Shown: positions 49,301 to 61,369 of the stretch, piece by piece
How the letters are laid out: the number at the start of each line of letters is the position of its first letter
Numbering within the stretch: position 1 is the stretch's first letter
NCBI RefSeq assembly: GCF_002571385.2
Contig: NW_019217949.1
Location: 118,529-180,075 of the forward strand
Reading direction: 5' to 3'
Length of the DNA stretch: 61,547 nucleotides
Source of the DNA: Stylophora pistillata
Taxonomy: Eukaryota
Program-made: the position numbers and the translations under genes
Notes under the pieces: model-generated
Told to the model about the DNA's origin: nothing
What the model saw: the letters and a program-made list of their open reading frames with translations, nothing else
Databases searched by the model: none

Positions 49301-52300
49301 TTGATTGGCTATCACGATAACCTCTTACCACACTGAATAAAAAAGCACTCCATATTGCTTATTGAGTCAATAACACATTGTTGCGCGTTTAGGTGCGACT
49401 TAGCCGGTAGTGAGCGACTCAAGAAAACCCAGGCAGAGGGAGAAAGACTTAGTGAAGCTCAACATATTAACTTGTCTCTACTTGAGTTAGGGTGAGGATT
49501 TCCTTGTTTATTTAGCTCATTAATTCAGTGTAAGAACTTTCCATGTAAGCGTGTTAGCCAAAGTCGTTTTAGCCCGCGAGTTTGATCAGAGGTGTTGCTT
49601 TACAACGTTACGAGATCCATAACGATAATCAACGTGGAACTTTTGAAATGTTCGTACTTCTCTCCACTTGGCTAGGAAGATATTCGATTCTGCCCCGATA
49701 GGGAAGATCTTCCAGTGAAAAGGGAAGCAACCTTCACTCTTATTTGACCCATTCTGTTCTAAATGAGATTCTTTTATGATAAACTTAAAGCTTTAGCAGG
49801 TTTTATCCCGCCGTAATTGTTCGTAGGAATGTTATCCAGGCGTTGGCAGAAGGGAAGAAGACCCACGTTCCGTTCCGGAATTCTACTCTAACAAGGCTGC
49901 TTCAAGAAAGTTTGGGTGGAAACTGCAAAACAAGTTTAGTGGTAGGTATTAAATCAAAGGAAATGATGGAATCGTGCGACTTTAGACGAAACCGTCCGAA
50001 AATACACGGGAACCTACTTTATTAATATATGCTACTCTGACTGGGAATCACTCAAGCGTCCTTGTGTTCCGTTCTTAATGCAAGTAAGTAAGCGATGGCA
50101 GGACGGATAGACACACAAGCGCTGTCTGCAATTTCAAATGAAATTCTTTCTCGATCATGTTATGGTGTACAAATCATGGCTAAAACAAAAACACATTTTC
50201 TTTAAACCGTAAGACTGAAATGACGCGCTTGTTAAATATGCTGTTAATGATTGTGTTAGGTGTGTGTTTCTCCAACCATGGGTGATGTTAGTGAGACTAA
50301 AAGCACTTTGTTCTTTGGATCCCGAGCAATGAAGATCACAAATACTGCTTACATTAACGTTGAGGTAAGAGTCATCTTAAAAAGAACCATATGCATTGGT
50401 GTATTTTCCGTTTATACAAGTGGAAATTGCTGATTAGAGCTTGCCACGTCAACTATATCATGCAATGGAACGTGGTTACGAATGAAGGAGAATATGTTTG
50501 TTTGGTACATACTTATATGTTCGTGCCATTTAGAAGCCCTTTAGCTTGTCTCCCTAGTTTAGTGTATTAAAGTTTCCCCTCCTAGTTTTTTTTAAATATT
50601 AAGTGACTTTTCGGCAGTCAAATCCAAAATTACAGATTTACAGATGGGGAGGAGATCGTGGGAAACTTTCTGAAGACTTGCGTTGCGTGGCTCTCTCTCG
50701 GGCAAGTTTTTCCCTGCTCAGTATCAAGCCCCGATAGACAAGCTGCTGAATGATGTATCTTCTCAGTACTTTATGACATCTCTCAATGTGTTTCCATGCT
50801 CGTCACAACAGATCTTTACTCTCTAGAGACGTAACGTAACGTCATTCTCTATTTTTACTTTCAATCGCGCCGATGCAGAGCTTTCTTGACTTCTTTTCCC
50901 TATTAAATTTTGTATTGTAGGTTGATTACAAGAGACTTAGTGAAGATCTTTCAAAGATTGTGGATAGGAGAGGTAAATCAGAAAACATTTATCTAACTTC
51001 AACCAGTTCCCCATTTAGAAAAATACTCCCTCCTCATTCAGCACAATTTAATTGTGTGGATTTTTAATGAGTAGTGCACGGGCACCGTGGTACACAGAGA
51101 TGAGTGTTTTGTGCCCCGTGGTACAAATGAATCAATGAACCAATCATTGGCACTCAAGATGGCTCAAGGTATCGCACAATCTCTTCTCTGATTGGCTGTG
51201 TACCACAGAACCCCATATGCCACTCAAATAGGAAAAACTTTTTCGTGAGGATACTAGTAATGAATAGATAATAGTTACGAGTACTTAAAAATGTAACATT
51301 AAAGGTGAGAAAGATGATCATTTCCTGACTGAAATCGTCTTCTTTAAGAAAAAGATCTTGAAGATCTAAAGCAAACGTTTGAAACAAGGATAGAGCGACT
51401 TAAACACGAGGCGGAGAGGACTGTGACAAATGCCATGGCAGAGGCAGACAGAGTGGTGGCATCTGTGAAGAGTCTCTACGAAAATGAGGTGGACAACACT
51501 ATAAATTTTTAATTTTTGGATCACTGTTGTTTTCCGAATAGTTTGAAAAACTGGAAATGCAAAGCGCAAAGCTGGACTCTTTGCAACCTCAATGTTTCGT
51601 AAACTTGTTCATAAAGCTGGAAATAACGTGAACTGATATCTAATTCAGTTTTGATGGCCTCCAGATTTTAAAGGAGCTATGTCACTTCCTAATCCATGTC
51701 AATCTTCCAATCCTTCAATCTTCCTGCTTGTTTTTGGTCACTCCCTTGTTATTTGGTGTTTGTCTACACTGGTGAGGTATTATGATAATGTTTCCTATAT
51801 TTAAGGCGGATCCTTTTTTCGTTGAAGTGACATATTTATAAGCTATTGCTATGCAGCTTTAACTTTCCGTTTGAAACGTGACATACACTCGATGTGTGTT
51901 GTGCCCCTTGTTAACTATTCTGTTTCGAACGGTTTTCGAATGAATGAATGAATAAGTATGGGGCTTCGCTGCGCGCGCTGCGAACTCCGCTGGAAGGAAA
52001 AGTGACACACCTCAGCGCTATGTTTGAGAGCGGAACGAGTGAAATTGATTTCACCGGTAAAAAAAACTCAAGTTTTTGATTGTATTAAATTCACACATTT
52101 ACTGATCGTCTTCTTTTCCATAGACAAGTAAAAACGAGTGATATAATATCCCGACGTTTCGGCGACTTCATGACGCCATTATCAAGGGTACAAATGAAAA
52201 TAAAATTTACAAATGCGAGTTCAAATCCGTGCAAACGGATTCTATCCGTGCTAAAGTATTTGTGTAGCTACCTCCCCTATGCAAATTAGTTGTAACTCTT

Positions 52301-55300
52301 GAACTCGCATTTGTTAATTTTATTTTCATTTGTACCCTTGATAATGGCGTCATGAGGTCGCCGAAACGGCGGGATATTATATCGCTCGTTTTTACCTGTC
52401 TATGTATTACTAAATCTTTGTTAATACGTCTTCTTTTTCCTCTTCAGAAATCTAGTTTGGAGAGCGACATAGAAAATCTCAACTTCAGATTAGACGAAGA
52501 GAAAACGCACACAGAAAACCTTCAAGATCAGATAACAAAGGCAAAAGGCAAACTTCAAGAAGACATGTTCAAAGCAAGAAGCACCCTTCTGTCAGATATT
52601 ATCTCTATGCAGCTGTTGTACGCACTCAAAGATTTGCCCCTCGACAATGATCACCACTTCTCAGAAAACGATTTGAGTCTCAGGGATTTCTGCTCTCAGT
52701 GGGCTACAACAAAATGCAAAATTCTGGAAAACGCGGACGTGCTTTTAGATCTGCTCAAAAGTTATTTGAGTTTAATGAATTCCAAAGGAGACAAGTTACT
52801 GGAGGACGGTGGAAGTCTGAAGAGTTTGGTCGGATGTGAAGAGTCGTTTAATGCCGATAAAAGATTGTTGAGTGCCTCTGAAGAAGTTTCATTGTACATG
52901 ACAAATAAAACTGACGATGACAAGGTTGTTGCATCGACGGGTTGTTGCGAAATTCTTCCATGTTCTGAAACGAATACCGAAGACTTTATCCTATCGACTG
53001 AGCAAAATCTGGGAGATGGCGAAGAGAGTTCCAATATTAGAAACAAGCTGATTTCACTAAAAAAATTTATGGACGACAAAGCGCTAGCTTTTCTAACGAA
53101 AGCATTTGAGCTTGATGTAGGTAATGAAAACAGAGTAATAAACACGAGGCAAGACATTTATGGAAGGATTCAAGAAATCTTAAATCAAGAAGACACACTG
53201 CCAGGTGGGCATCTGAAAATTTCCTCAATTTTTTTTTTATAGTTTTGTTGCTTTATTTTTCCGCATCAAATATGTTGACAACCGTCGAAGCATTTTACCA
53301 TGTCTGCGAAGGAAAGAGAATTTGTCGCACTATGTTTACCTGACACTATCCTCAATCCTAGGAAAATACCTTCTTACACGGTTGTCTAAATATATTTTAC
53401 AATTTGAAATACATCGGCTCCATTTCCAGAAAAGACAGGCGCAATGCCTGAAATAACTGTGAATAGCCTCATCACTAAGAGCAGACCTTCTACTTGTCAT
53501 GATCGATCAGAGTAGATTGCGACATACAGGGGTAGATCGAGAGGAAATTGAAGATATAAGTACAACGAAAATAGGAAATGATGCAGATTTTGTTTTCACC
53601 CAAGTAGTAATAAAATGTTTCACACGACTATTGTTATAAGAATTTATTTTTTAGATTTTAGAGAGAATGCAGCGGAACTATCACATGTTGCTGACGCACT
53701 CGGCCTTCTTGACCACTGCCACAGTCACGTGATCGTAGATAAAGCGCTACAGGGCGCCTTATTGGTTTTGGAAAACAACATTGTCATCAAGCGATGTAAC
53801 GTCATCCAAAAGCAGAAAGACGTCTTGCAAGACGAAAACGAAACGTTGCGGAAACAGATCCAGATTCTACAGAAGGAAGCAGAGAAGTTAAACGGAAAAC
53901 TAAACGAGACTTCGTCATCGCTATGCGATGTAATGAAAAGCAAGGAACAACTAGAAGATGATCTTTCATCTGTGTTTCAGCTTCACAACATGAGAAACAT
54001 TGAGCGAAAGATACAGAAGGAAAACGATGGAAAGTTAGACATGAGCACCATTCTGCAGGAAAATGTCACAACTCTGTTAGAAAACAACACCAAACTACAA
54101 GAGACGCTCCAAGTATCGGAAAACGACAAAGAAAACTTGAAATCTGAGTTAACATCTGTTAAGGTGAGTGGTATGACTTTCTGCAAATTAATTTTTTTTT
54201 ACAATATCAAGTGACCTACTAGCCTTTTAGAAACTTCCTCGAGCTCCCCTGTTTATAATCAGCGGTCATCAACTCTACCCATCCTTATGCCTTAAATCAT
54301 CTTTCAGTGGTCATATTAGAAATGTACATTTAACGACAAAATGGAGGCCAGCTTAGAGTTTTCAGTAAAGATAATCTTAAGACCTCTCCAGAACAAAGAG
54401 GATAAAATTTGGTCACAGTTTTTCCCACCGTACAAATGTAATTGACGTTTGTTATTCAGCATCCTATTGAGAAATGCATTTTGTAACGAGGCACCTTTAA
54501 TTAAAAAAAAGAAAAACGATGAGACACGAATGTCATCAATAATGACGTTGACATTTGATGCAAACAGAACACAATAACGCAGCTATCAAAGGTATATTGT
54601 TAGCCAACCAACAAATAAAGCATTACCGGACTTATCGACTGACAAATCCTGATACACGATGCGACATGTCTCCACTGGACTTTTGTGACATTGCAAAGAC
54701 AGATTACTCAACCATCGTTGAGAGATGGAAACGAAGCTGACGTAACAGTCTGCAACGCAACTATTTGTATAACTTAACAGAGTACCACTTAAGTCATTCA
54801 ATCCTTTCCGACGATAAATCGACTGTTTCCGATGCTACCGACGATCTTCCGACGAATGCAAGTCCAAGTCACTCTGAAGTCATTTGTTACGAATTCTGTG
54901 AAATCATATCCGTTACAAATGTTATATCTAACAATTCTAACGGGGTGCAAATTGCAATCACACAACGGTGACGGACTGTTATGGAAAGATTTAAGACGAA
55001 GTGTTATCAATTTGTCAGGGCTCTCCCTGGAGGCTATGGGAAAGGATGACCCTAAGGACGCGCAAAGCTTGAAGTTTCACTTTATTACGCACGCAATACG
55101 GACCCGCTTACAGGACTATTTCCGAGAGATACCGAACTCTTCAACCCTCCTCTAAAAACTTTGGAAAATCAACATCTGGATGGCTTAATTTGTCACAGAA
55201 TGGGGCACGCATCAACTGTGACAGCATCTGCTTTCAAACGGAGTTCGTCCACGGCACTGCTATCTCCTCAAAGATATGGGCACAAAAAGAGCAAATGACT

Positions 55301-58300
55301 ATTTTGAAAAGCAGCTTATTTCTGGAGTGAAATCCATCAAGGAATCTTTCAGGCTGGATCAAAAAAAGGCTGATGCATCACATGCTCCGTGCTCGAGGAT
55401 AGAAACTTCAATTACAGACGCAAGGCACAAGGCTGATTCGGGCACAACCTTGTTTTGACAGGATAACTCTTTCACTTTATAAATGTCTCACACTTAAAAA
55501 CATAGCTAAGGCGGGCTTATGGTGTATATTTGTATTTAAATGTTTTGACTTCATTTTATAGTTTAATGCTAGAAAGGTGTAGTTTTCTTCAAGGTTATCA
55601 CTGCCGGGAAAAATAGTTTTAAACAACCTTCATAAAACATAGGAAATGAAAAGATCCAGAAACATTCTCGTATTACAGTAACATAATTATAATTGTAGTT
55701 TATTGTTAATATTTGTACGAATTATAGTTAATTTCAAGGTTATGAATAAAACTTTCTTACACGGTATGAAATGTTTATATTCCTCTGCGCATTATAATGT
55801 ATTCATACTTATATCCGTAACTTATTCAGTTTCTTGGCTGGTAAATTCGTCTATAATGTTTATCCGGTGGTAAATAAAAAGATTAGGGAAAGGTACACGC
55901 ATTTAAGTCGACCCAAGACAAACTGAACGTATTCACTACAACCATACAAAACCGTTTTGTATAGCTGTAGTGAATACCTTTGTCTTGGGTCGACTTACAA
56001 GTAGTATAACGAGGAGCATAAGAACTCAAAGTAAAAGGAATCTGCCTAGGCTGAATTGGCTTAAGGTTGGATGGGAGCGCAAATTTTCAGTCCAGTCACA
56101 AAGCGAAGTGAAACCAACCAATGCGATACCGGATTAACACAGCAGTCTAAAGTCTGCCCATGAGCAAACGTCGTAACGACAAGATGGCGTGCTTTCAGAC
56201 TGTCAAAACCAAGTTGTCTGACACGAGAAACAAACAACCACACAAGCCAGTAAGTCAATGTGTTTCAAAAGCGCATAAATGTTTTGAAAAAGCTAAAAAC
56301 AGAACTGATAAATCAACAGGATACCCGTACTTGAATAAGCTTTGGGTTCGAAAAGTCTTCTGTTTTTCTTTCTCTTAATTTTGCTTCGTTTTACTGATTT
56401 CTATGAACTTTTCAACTTTTTCACTTATTTTGCGAGACAGCGGTCGTTTCTTATGTTTTCCTTTGAAATTTTGCGCGGGAAATCGGCGCGCGGCCGGCCA
56501 CAATATTGATCCACACGTGCATGCCCAATATTTTGGCAAGTTGATTTTTACCTCGCTTCTCTTTCATTCCTCGCCTTTTTCTAACCCTTCATTTATTGAT
56601 CCCTAAGTTTCTTTCGATTAATTTTACTGTTCGTTTATTACACTCAGTTTTCATCCCTTCTCAAAACCAGAAAGGACCCGGAAAAAGTATAAACATGTTA
56701 AACGTTTTGTGGGCAATAATGGCCTTTGACAACGTTAGTCAATATTGCTCTTTTTTTTTTTTGCCTTGCAGGAAGAATTACAAAGACTAAAGGAGGGATA
56801 TGTGCAAGATGAAAAAGGTACACAAACAGATTTAGTCGGTCAAAATGAATTCATGAAACCTCATCTGGGAGATCAGTCAAAGACAATTTCAGACCGCAAT
56901 GGAATAATTCACGCGATTTTGTCGTCACTGCATGACGATCAATCCTCGTTGCTGGAAAAGGCGGCTTTTGCAGCTCAGTCAAACAACGTGGATGACGTTT
57001 CTTCTCTTAGAGCTGTTATTAATCATCGCCTTGGAGAGGAATGGTCTCTTGTTGTCCTAGAAAATGCCAGAATGAAATCAGAGCTCGATGGCATTCTGGG
57101 TAGAATCAATGAGGAGAAGAGAAATCTTGTCAGCGAGTTGGCAGATTGGAAATTCCAAGCGGCAGAGGTAAACAGTATGAAAGAAGAGTTGAATACAAAA
57201 GGCGAAGATTTTGCAGATGGATTTAAAGTCCCGATGGATGAAAACGAAAATGGTTCAAGCGACAAGCTTATCTCAAAGATAGATATTTATAATCAAAATG
57301 AAGTAATCGCCGAACTTCGAATGGATGAACAAGAAGACAAAGGGGAGCCTAGGCGGGAAGGATCGACCGCTGGAGACTATTGGGAAAGTATTGTCAAAGA
57401 AAAGTTGGGTGAACTGTCTGTGGTTCATCGAGAGACTGAGAGGCATGAAGTGATCGAATTGGATTCTTTGGAAAGCAAGTACAGTGACCCGGAGAAAGAC
57501 CAAGATAATTCTAACAAGATTCGTGAAAAAGAACTTAGGGAGCTCTTAAAGAGAGAGAGGCAACTAACCACAAACATTATGCAATTGGACGAAAAGTGCT
57601 CATCTTTAGAAAAACAATTAGGTCGATCTGCCTTGGAAAACACTAAATTGAAGGAGCAATTAAGGAAGTTGAAAATAAAGATAAGTGACGTTGAACAGGA
57701 GAAAGCTGAAATTACCGCTCAGAAAATTGCTCTCGAAGAAAGCTCGCGAGAACTACAACAGAACGCCAAGCGCGAGATTGCCGTGGAAAAGGAACGGACA
57801 TTGACTCTTGAGAAGCAATTACAAGCAAAAACGCAAGAATTCGGGGAAGGAAAAGCGTTATTGAAGCTGAAAGATGCTCGGGTGAGTGAAGTGGAGGCAG
57901 AACTCTTGGAAACGAAAGCATATTATAAAAAGCTGCTGCAGGAAAACTCACACGAGTACGAGGTGGATCAACAGAACATGATGAAAGAGATCAACAGTCT
58001 AAGATGTTTGCAAGGACTGCCAACATTAAAAAAAGACAGCGTGCAATCAAAGCAAGAGGTTAAGGGTGGCTTAATGAATGGAGAAAATCAAGCAGAGAAC
58101 AAGAAAGACAACAAACTTAATTCCGAGCTTACGCGCGCCAAAGAACAACTCGTGCGCCTTAAAGCAGAGCTCACACTTTCTAACATGCAAACACGAAATC
58201 TTGGTTCTCAGTTATCGTCACTGCGCGAAGATAGTACGAAACTGGAGGCGGAGCTTTCGACGGTGCGAGTTTCTCCGAGGAATTCCCGACAACGAAGAGC

Positions 58301-61300
58301 TTCGTTCAGTTTTTACGAAGAGACAGTGCGACTGGAGATGGAGCTGGCGGAAGCTAAGGAGAAGATCATCGACTTGCAGGAAAAACTGTTGATCATTTAC
58401 AAGGAGAAATTTGCTCTGGAAGAGAAGATTGTTAGTTTGGAAGGGCAAAGAAACGTCCATTTGGAAAATGGCGCAAAGCTTTATTCAGCCAACGATGACC
58501 ACGAACCATTCTGTGACCTAGAGAAAACAAAAGTGCTGAAGAGTAAGATTGGCCTATTGGAGGCTGAGAAAGAACAGCTTAAAAGAGAACTTGACAATAC
58601 AAACGCTGATAAAACTCGATTAGAGAGTATTGAACACTGCGTACAGCAGCTAGTAAGCCTTGAGGACGAACATTTGAGAGTGAAAGACAGATTGAAAAAA
58701 TGGGCACAAAACTCTACAGACGAACAGCAGTTAAACGAGACCAGAAAAACTGTAAACAAATTTCCAGAAAACAGCTACTTCAATGAATTAAGAGTCCTAT
58801 CAGGAGAAAATCTCGTTCTTCAAGAAGAAGTCAGTGGTTTGAGAGAGACAATCGCTCAACTGGAAAGCGATTTGGCTGCGTTGAAGTTAAAGCTTTCCAT
58901 CGCAGATGCTGCACAGGACGATTCTTTGGACAAGAAAACTGTTGCAACACTACTCGTGTCAGTTAAACAAGAACGGGCCGAGTTACAGAAGGCTTTGAAT
59001 GATGCGCTCATCGAGAAAGATGATTTAGATGAGGAATTGTCCGAAATAAAGGTGAAGTATGCAAAACTTCAGAGAGAATTTGCAATGACAAGCATTGTAA
59101 AGGATGACTTGGAGCTTGAGGTTCTTTCTTTAAAGAAAGCTAGCTTAGCTCGAGGACTTTCTAACCTGACGCAGAGTAGCGAGGATTGTAAAAGCGAAAT
59201 GTCAGATTCGTCTGTGGATGACAAACTGATAGATCGCAGCGATGAAAACGGAGTCGGAGACTCCATGGATAAAAAGATAGCATCGCCAGGCGGTGGAAGA
59301 AAGAGAGCCCCTGCGCTGAACAGTCGCAAAACGGTGATCACAAAGAATCTCAAAGCTGAGAGAGACTCGTTTTCCTCAGGACGGAGCACATCAAGTTCAT
59401 CTTCGAAGGTAAATGTCGTCACATTTTTTCAACTTTTCGCTTCATCAAACAGAACGCGGGTCAAAGAGTTCATACTGTAAACTAGGAACCTCACTTTTCC
59501 TCCACGGATTTATGACCCGCGTGCTTCGCCCAAGCCACTGATCAGAACCGAAAAAATATCGCAAAACATGACGAATAAAGAATACACGGTACTTACAATG
59601 TAATAACACCAAGTTTTCTCCCGCGTTGTATAGCTTAGAGATTGAGAGATAACCATGCTAAACCGCAAGCTGTTTAAAGAAAAGCATCCTTGAGGATTTA
59701 ACTCACAAATCAAACATTACTCGCAAATGTGAATCTTTCTGTTTGAATCCTGACTTTGACAGAATGAAAAGAAGACTCTCTCACAGAGGCCAAACAGTCT
59801 ACAAAGCGTGCCATTACCGCCGAAGAAGTCAGTAGAAAGGCGTAAGTTGTTGTTAAATTTGAAAAACAATTCAATCCACAGATGGTCAGGGTCATTCAAA
59901 GTTTTCTGCACACTAATTGAAAGTTCTTAATTTCTGTGCTTCATGCCGAATGATCACGAAGCGCGCATCCGTTTACAGATCCTTTGGAGGCGAATGTGTA
60001 TGCAGAATGCGGAGCAGTAACAAAAAGCGTGCACTCACATCCATAGCCACGCCTCGGTTGTTTGAAGATTAGATAACGCTATTCACTGGATAAATCTCGA
60101 TCAGGAGCATAGCGAAGTACCTTTTCAAACCGGATCTACGAATTCGAGCAGTGAACTCGTAGCCTGGTGGAATAATAGGGGGAAATAGGAAGGGATGAAA
60201 AAAAAACGTTCATGTGCGCAAAGAAAAGAGAAACACATACGCACACGTAATGTCCTTGAAATATTTCGAGCTTTTAGTCACGTCAGTTGATTATCTTATT
60301 CCAAGTGACTTTCAATGTACTGTTTAAACAACAACAAACATATGAAACATATGTGTGAACTGCGGTTATGAGACGTATATGAGAAGGATCGACGTATATG
60401 CGAAGGATCGTTCTCATATACAAATGTACTGTTTGCTGCTTTTTAGGGGCGAAGTCATCAGAATCAGGTGGAGAGAAACTAAGCAGTAGAACACCGAGGT
60501 AATACTACAGATCAAGCTTGGTCTTGCCAGTTTAACGCCTTTAAACTGAATTTCTCCTCAACGATACTCTATCTGACGAAAGAGAAAATATGGCAGCTGC
60601 GTATTCTCGACAAATTTCCTGTACACGCACACTTCTTTGGTTAACTCAATCGTAACTCAGTTATAACCCAGCTTCATTCTAAGAGCGGTAAGGTGTCAGC
60701 GGTAAGGTGTCAGCGGTTAGGTGTCAGCGGTAAGGTGTCAGCGGTAAGGTGTCAGAAATCTGCTACAATGTCGGGGGTCAGTTAACAATTGATTGATAAT
60801 TCTCTACGGAGTTACAACTGTACAATTTTTTTGCTAGATTTATGCCAGGTAAATGCCATAAATTCGCAGTAGTTAGGTTCAAGATTTAGCCTTCATACCC
60901 ACTGAATAAGTTGCACTTTCACACTGACAGGTCAATCACAGATGACCAGTCAACGGATGACAACCCCCAGCACCTTGCAATTTGCTATGACCTAATAAGG
61001 ATTGATGACGCAGTTAGTGAGGCATGCGCACGGCACGTTAACACTGACTGTATTAACAGCGGGCTCTTACGAAAAACGCCCGAGGGACAACGACTTAATC
61101 CAGAGGGTATGGAACACGACAACGAAACATGCTTCGACACAGACAATACTGAGCATGTTGATAAAAAAGACAGCAGCGACAATTTCCTGGATGACACTGT
61201 TGAGATTGGCGCACACCAGGGTGCCACTGAGGGTATTTCTGAGACAGACTTTTCTCTATCACAGTCGACTGAAGTGCTTGTAAAGACCACGTGGTCTCTG

Positions 61301-61369
61301 AAAAACTTATTTCGGTGGCAGAAGTCAGCACCTATACCCGATCACAAAATTGACGCTCTTACACAGTAG
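40790..61369 (+). CDS. N-terminal-motor kinesin-like protein with long coiled-coil tail, ~1963 aa, 22 coding exons
   Basis: Exons 40790-40838, 41384-41487, 45102-45185, 45306-45393, 45768-45865, 46694-46793, 46951-47074, 47689-47768, 48229-48290, 48386-48424, 48688-48767, 49393-49491, 49827-49941, 50260-50364, 50921-50972, 51349-51488, 52448-53204, 53655-54163, 56772-59408, 59763-59841, 60447-60498, 60931-61369. All GT-AG with compatible phases, 5892 nt in total. Motifs [57 protein letters not shown]. The first exon and small tail exons are less certain. Confidence 0.9.
42106..42561 (+). CDS. PTS: 6-pyruvoyl-tetrahydropterin synthase (151 aa), intronless, nested in kinesin intron 2
   Basis: ATG in ACCATG context. 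[22 protein letters not shown] (catalytic Cys, Zn-binding His), [34 protein letters not shown] and ETGKN all match eukaryotic PTS. Confidence 0.95.
43635..43918. mobile_element. Unclassified non-autonomous element: ~145-bp hairpin plus IR-bounded CCAAT-containing segment
   Basis: tcttattaaccaag...cttggttaataaga hairpin (43638-43784), then ttattatacgact...gattggttga...agttgtgtaataa. Confidence 0.7.
44432..44679. mobile_element. MITE with CAGGGGCGTAGC-type TIRs
   Basis: caggggcgtagctagg ... cctggctatgcccttg, flanked by ggatg on both sides (candidate TSD). Confidence 0.8.
45981..46091 (+). repeat. 14-bp minisatellite (agcgcgggaaacaa / agcgcgggaatcat), ~8 units
   Basis: Direct tandem units; apparently amplified from the aagcgcgggaaa motif of a common dispersed repeat. 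Confidence 0.9.
46104..46410. mobile_element. Unclassified non-autonomous element: IR-bounded segment plus ~115-bp hairpin
   Basis: ttattaaaa...ttttaataa segment followed by aacaattattccactcgcgcttgttggatatgag...ctcatatccaacgcgcgctcgtggaataattgtt hairpin (46293-46408). Confidence 0.75.
47376..47520 (+). mobile_element. Penelope-like terminal fragment with minimal hammerhead-like motif (47376-47405; U4C change)
   Basis: CCGACGA a gggc-taac-gctc GAAA cg TC ag, followed by a dispersed-repeat tail ending cccaccgacgcagc...cagtttctttcgaaacta. Confidence 0.65.
52119..52404. repeat. Inverted duplication (106-bp arms, 74-bp spacer) of a Penelope-like terminus; each arm carries a hammerhead variant
   Basis: Arms 52119-52224 and 52299-52404 are near-perfect reverse complements. 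Confidence 0.9.
52150..52188 (-). ncRNA. Minimal hammerhead ribozyme variant with compensatory U3-A8 pair
   Basis: Minus strand: ccc TTGATAA t ggcg-tcatgaagt-cgcc GAAA cg TC ggg. Stems I and II pair; GUC triplet intact. Confidence 0.7.
54555..55458 (+). pseudogene. Decayed coding-like relic of unknown origin in kinesin intron 18
   Basis: Chain of overlapping short + strand ORFs (54555-54740, 54765-54971, 54832-55155, 55276-55458) with coding-like composition, then an AT-rich tract with AATAAA at 55745. No recognisable motif. Confidence 0.3.
55904..55997. repeat. 94-bp hairpin / mini-MITE
   Basis: taagtcgacccaagacaaa...gtattcactaca.c.atacaaaac / gttttgtat.g.tgtagtgaatac...tttgtcttgggtcgactta. 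Confidence 0.85.
60684..60755 (+). repeat. 14-bp minisatellite (gcggtaaggtgtca) x5
   Basis: Five direct tandem units with one substitution. Confidence 0.95.

Noticed and set aside
57023-59422. Multiple antisense ORFs over the large kinesin exon (also over the GPCR and PLE ORFs)
   Set aside because: Shadow ORFs of real coding sequence, with no motifs or splice support.
56745-59480. 911-aa ORF as a stand-alone coiled-coil gene
   Set aside because: Its start is a TTG in a polypyrimidine tract. It is bounded by an acceptor at 56771 and a donor at 59409, in phase with neighbouring kinesin exons.
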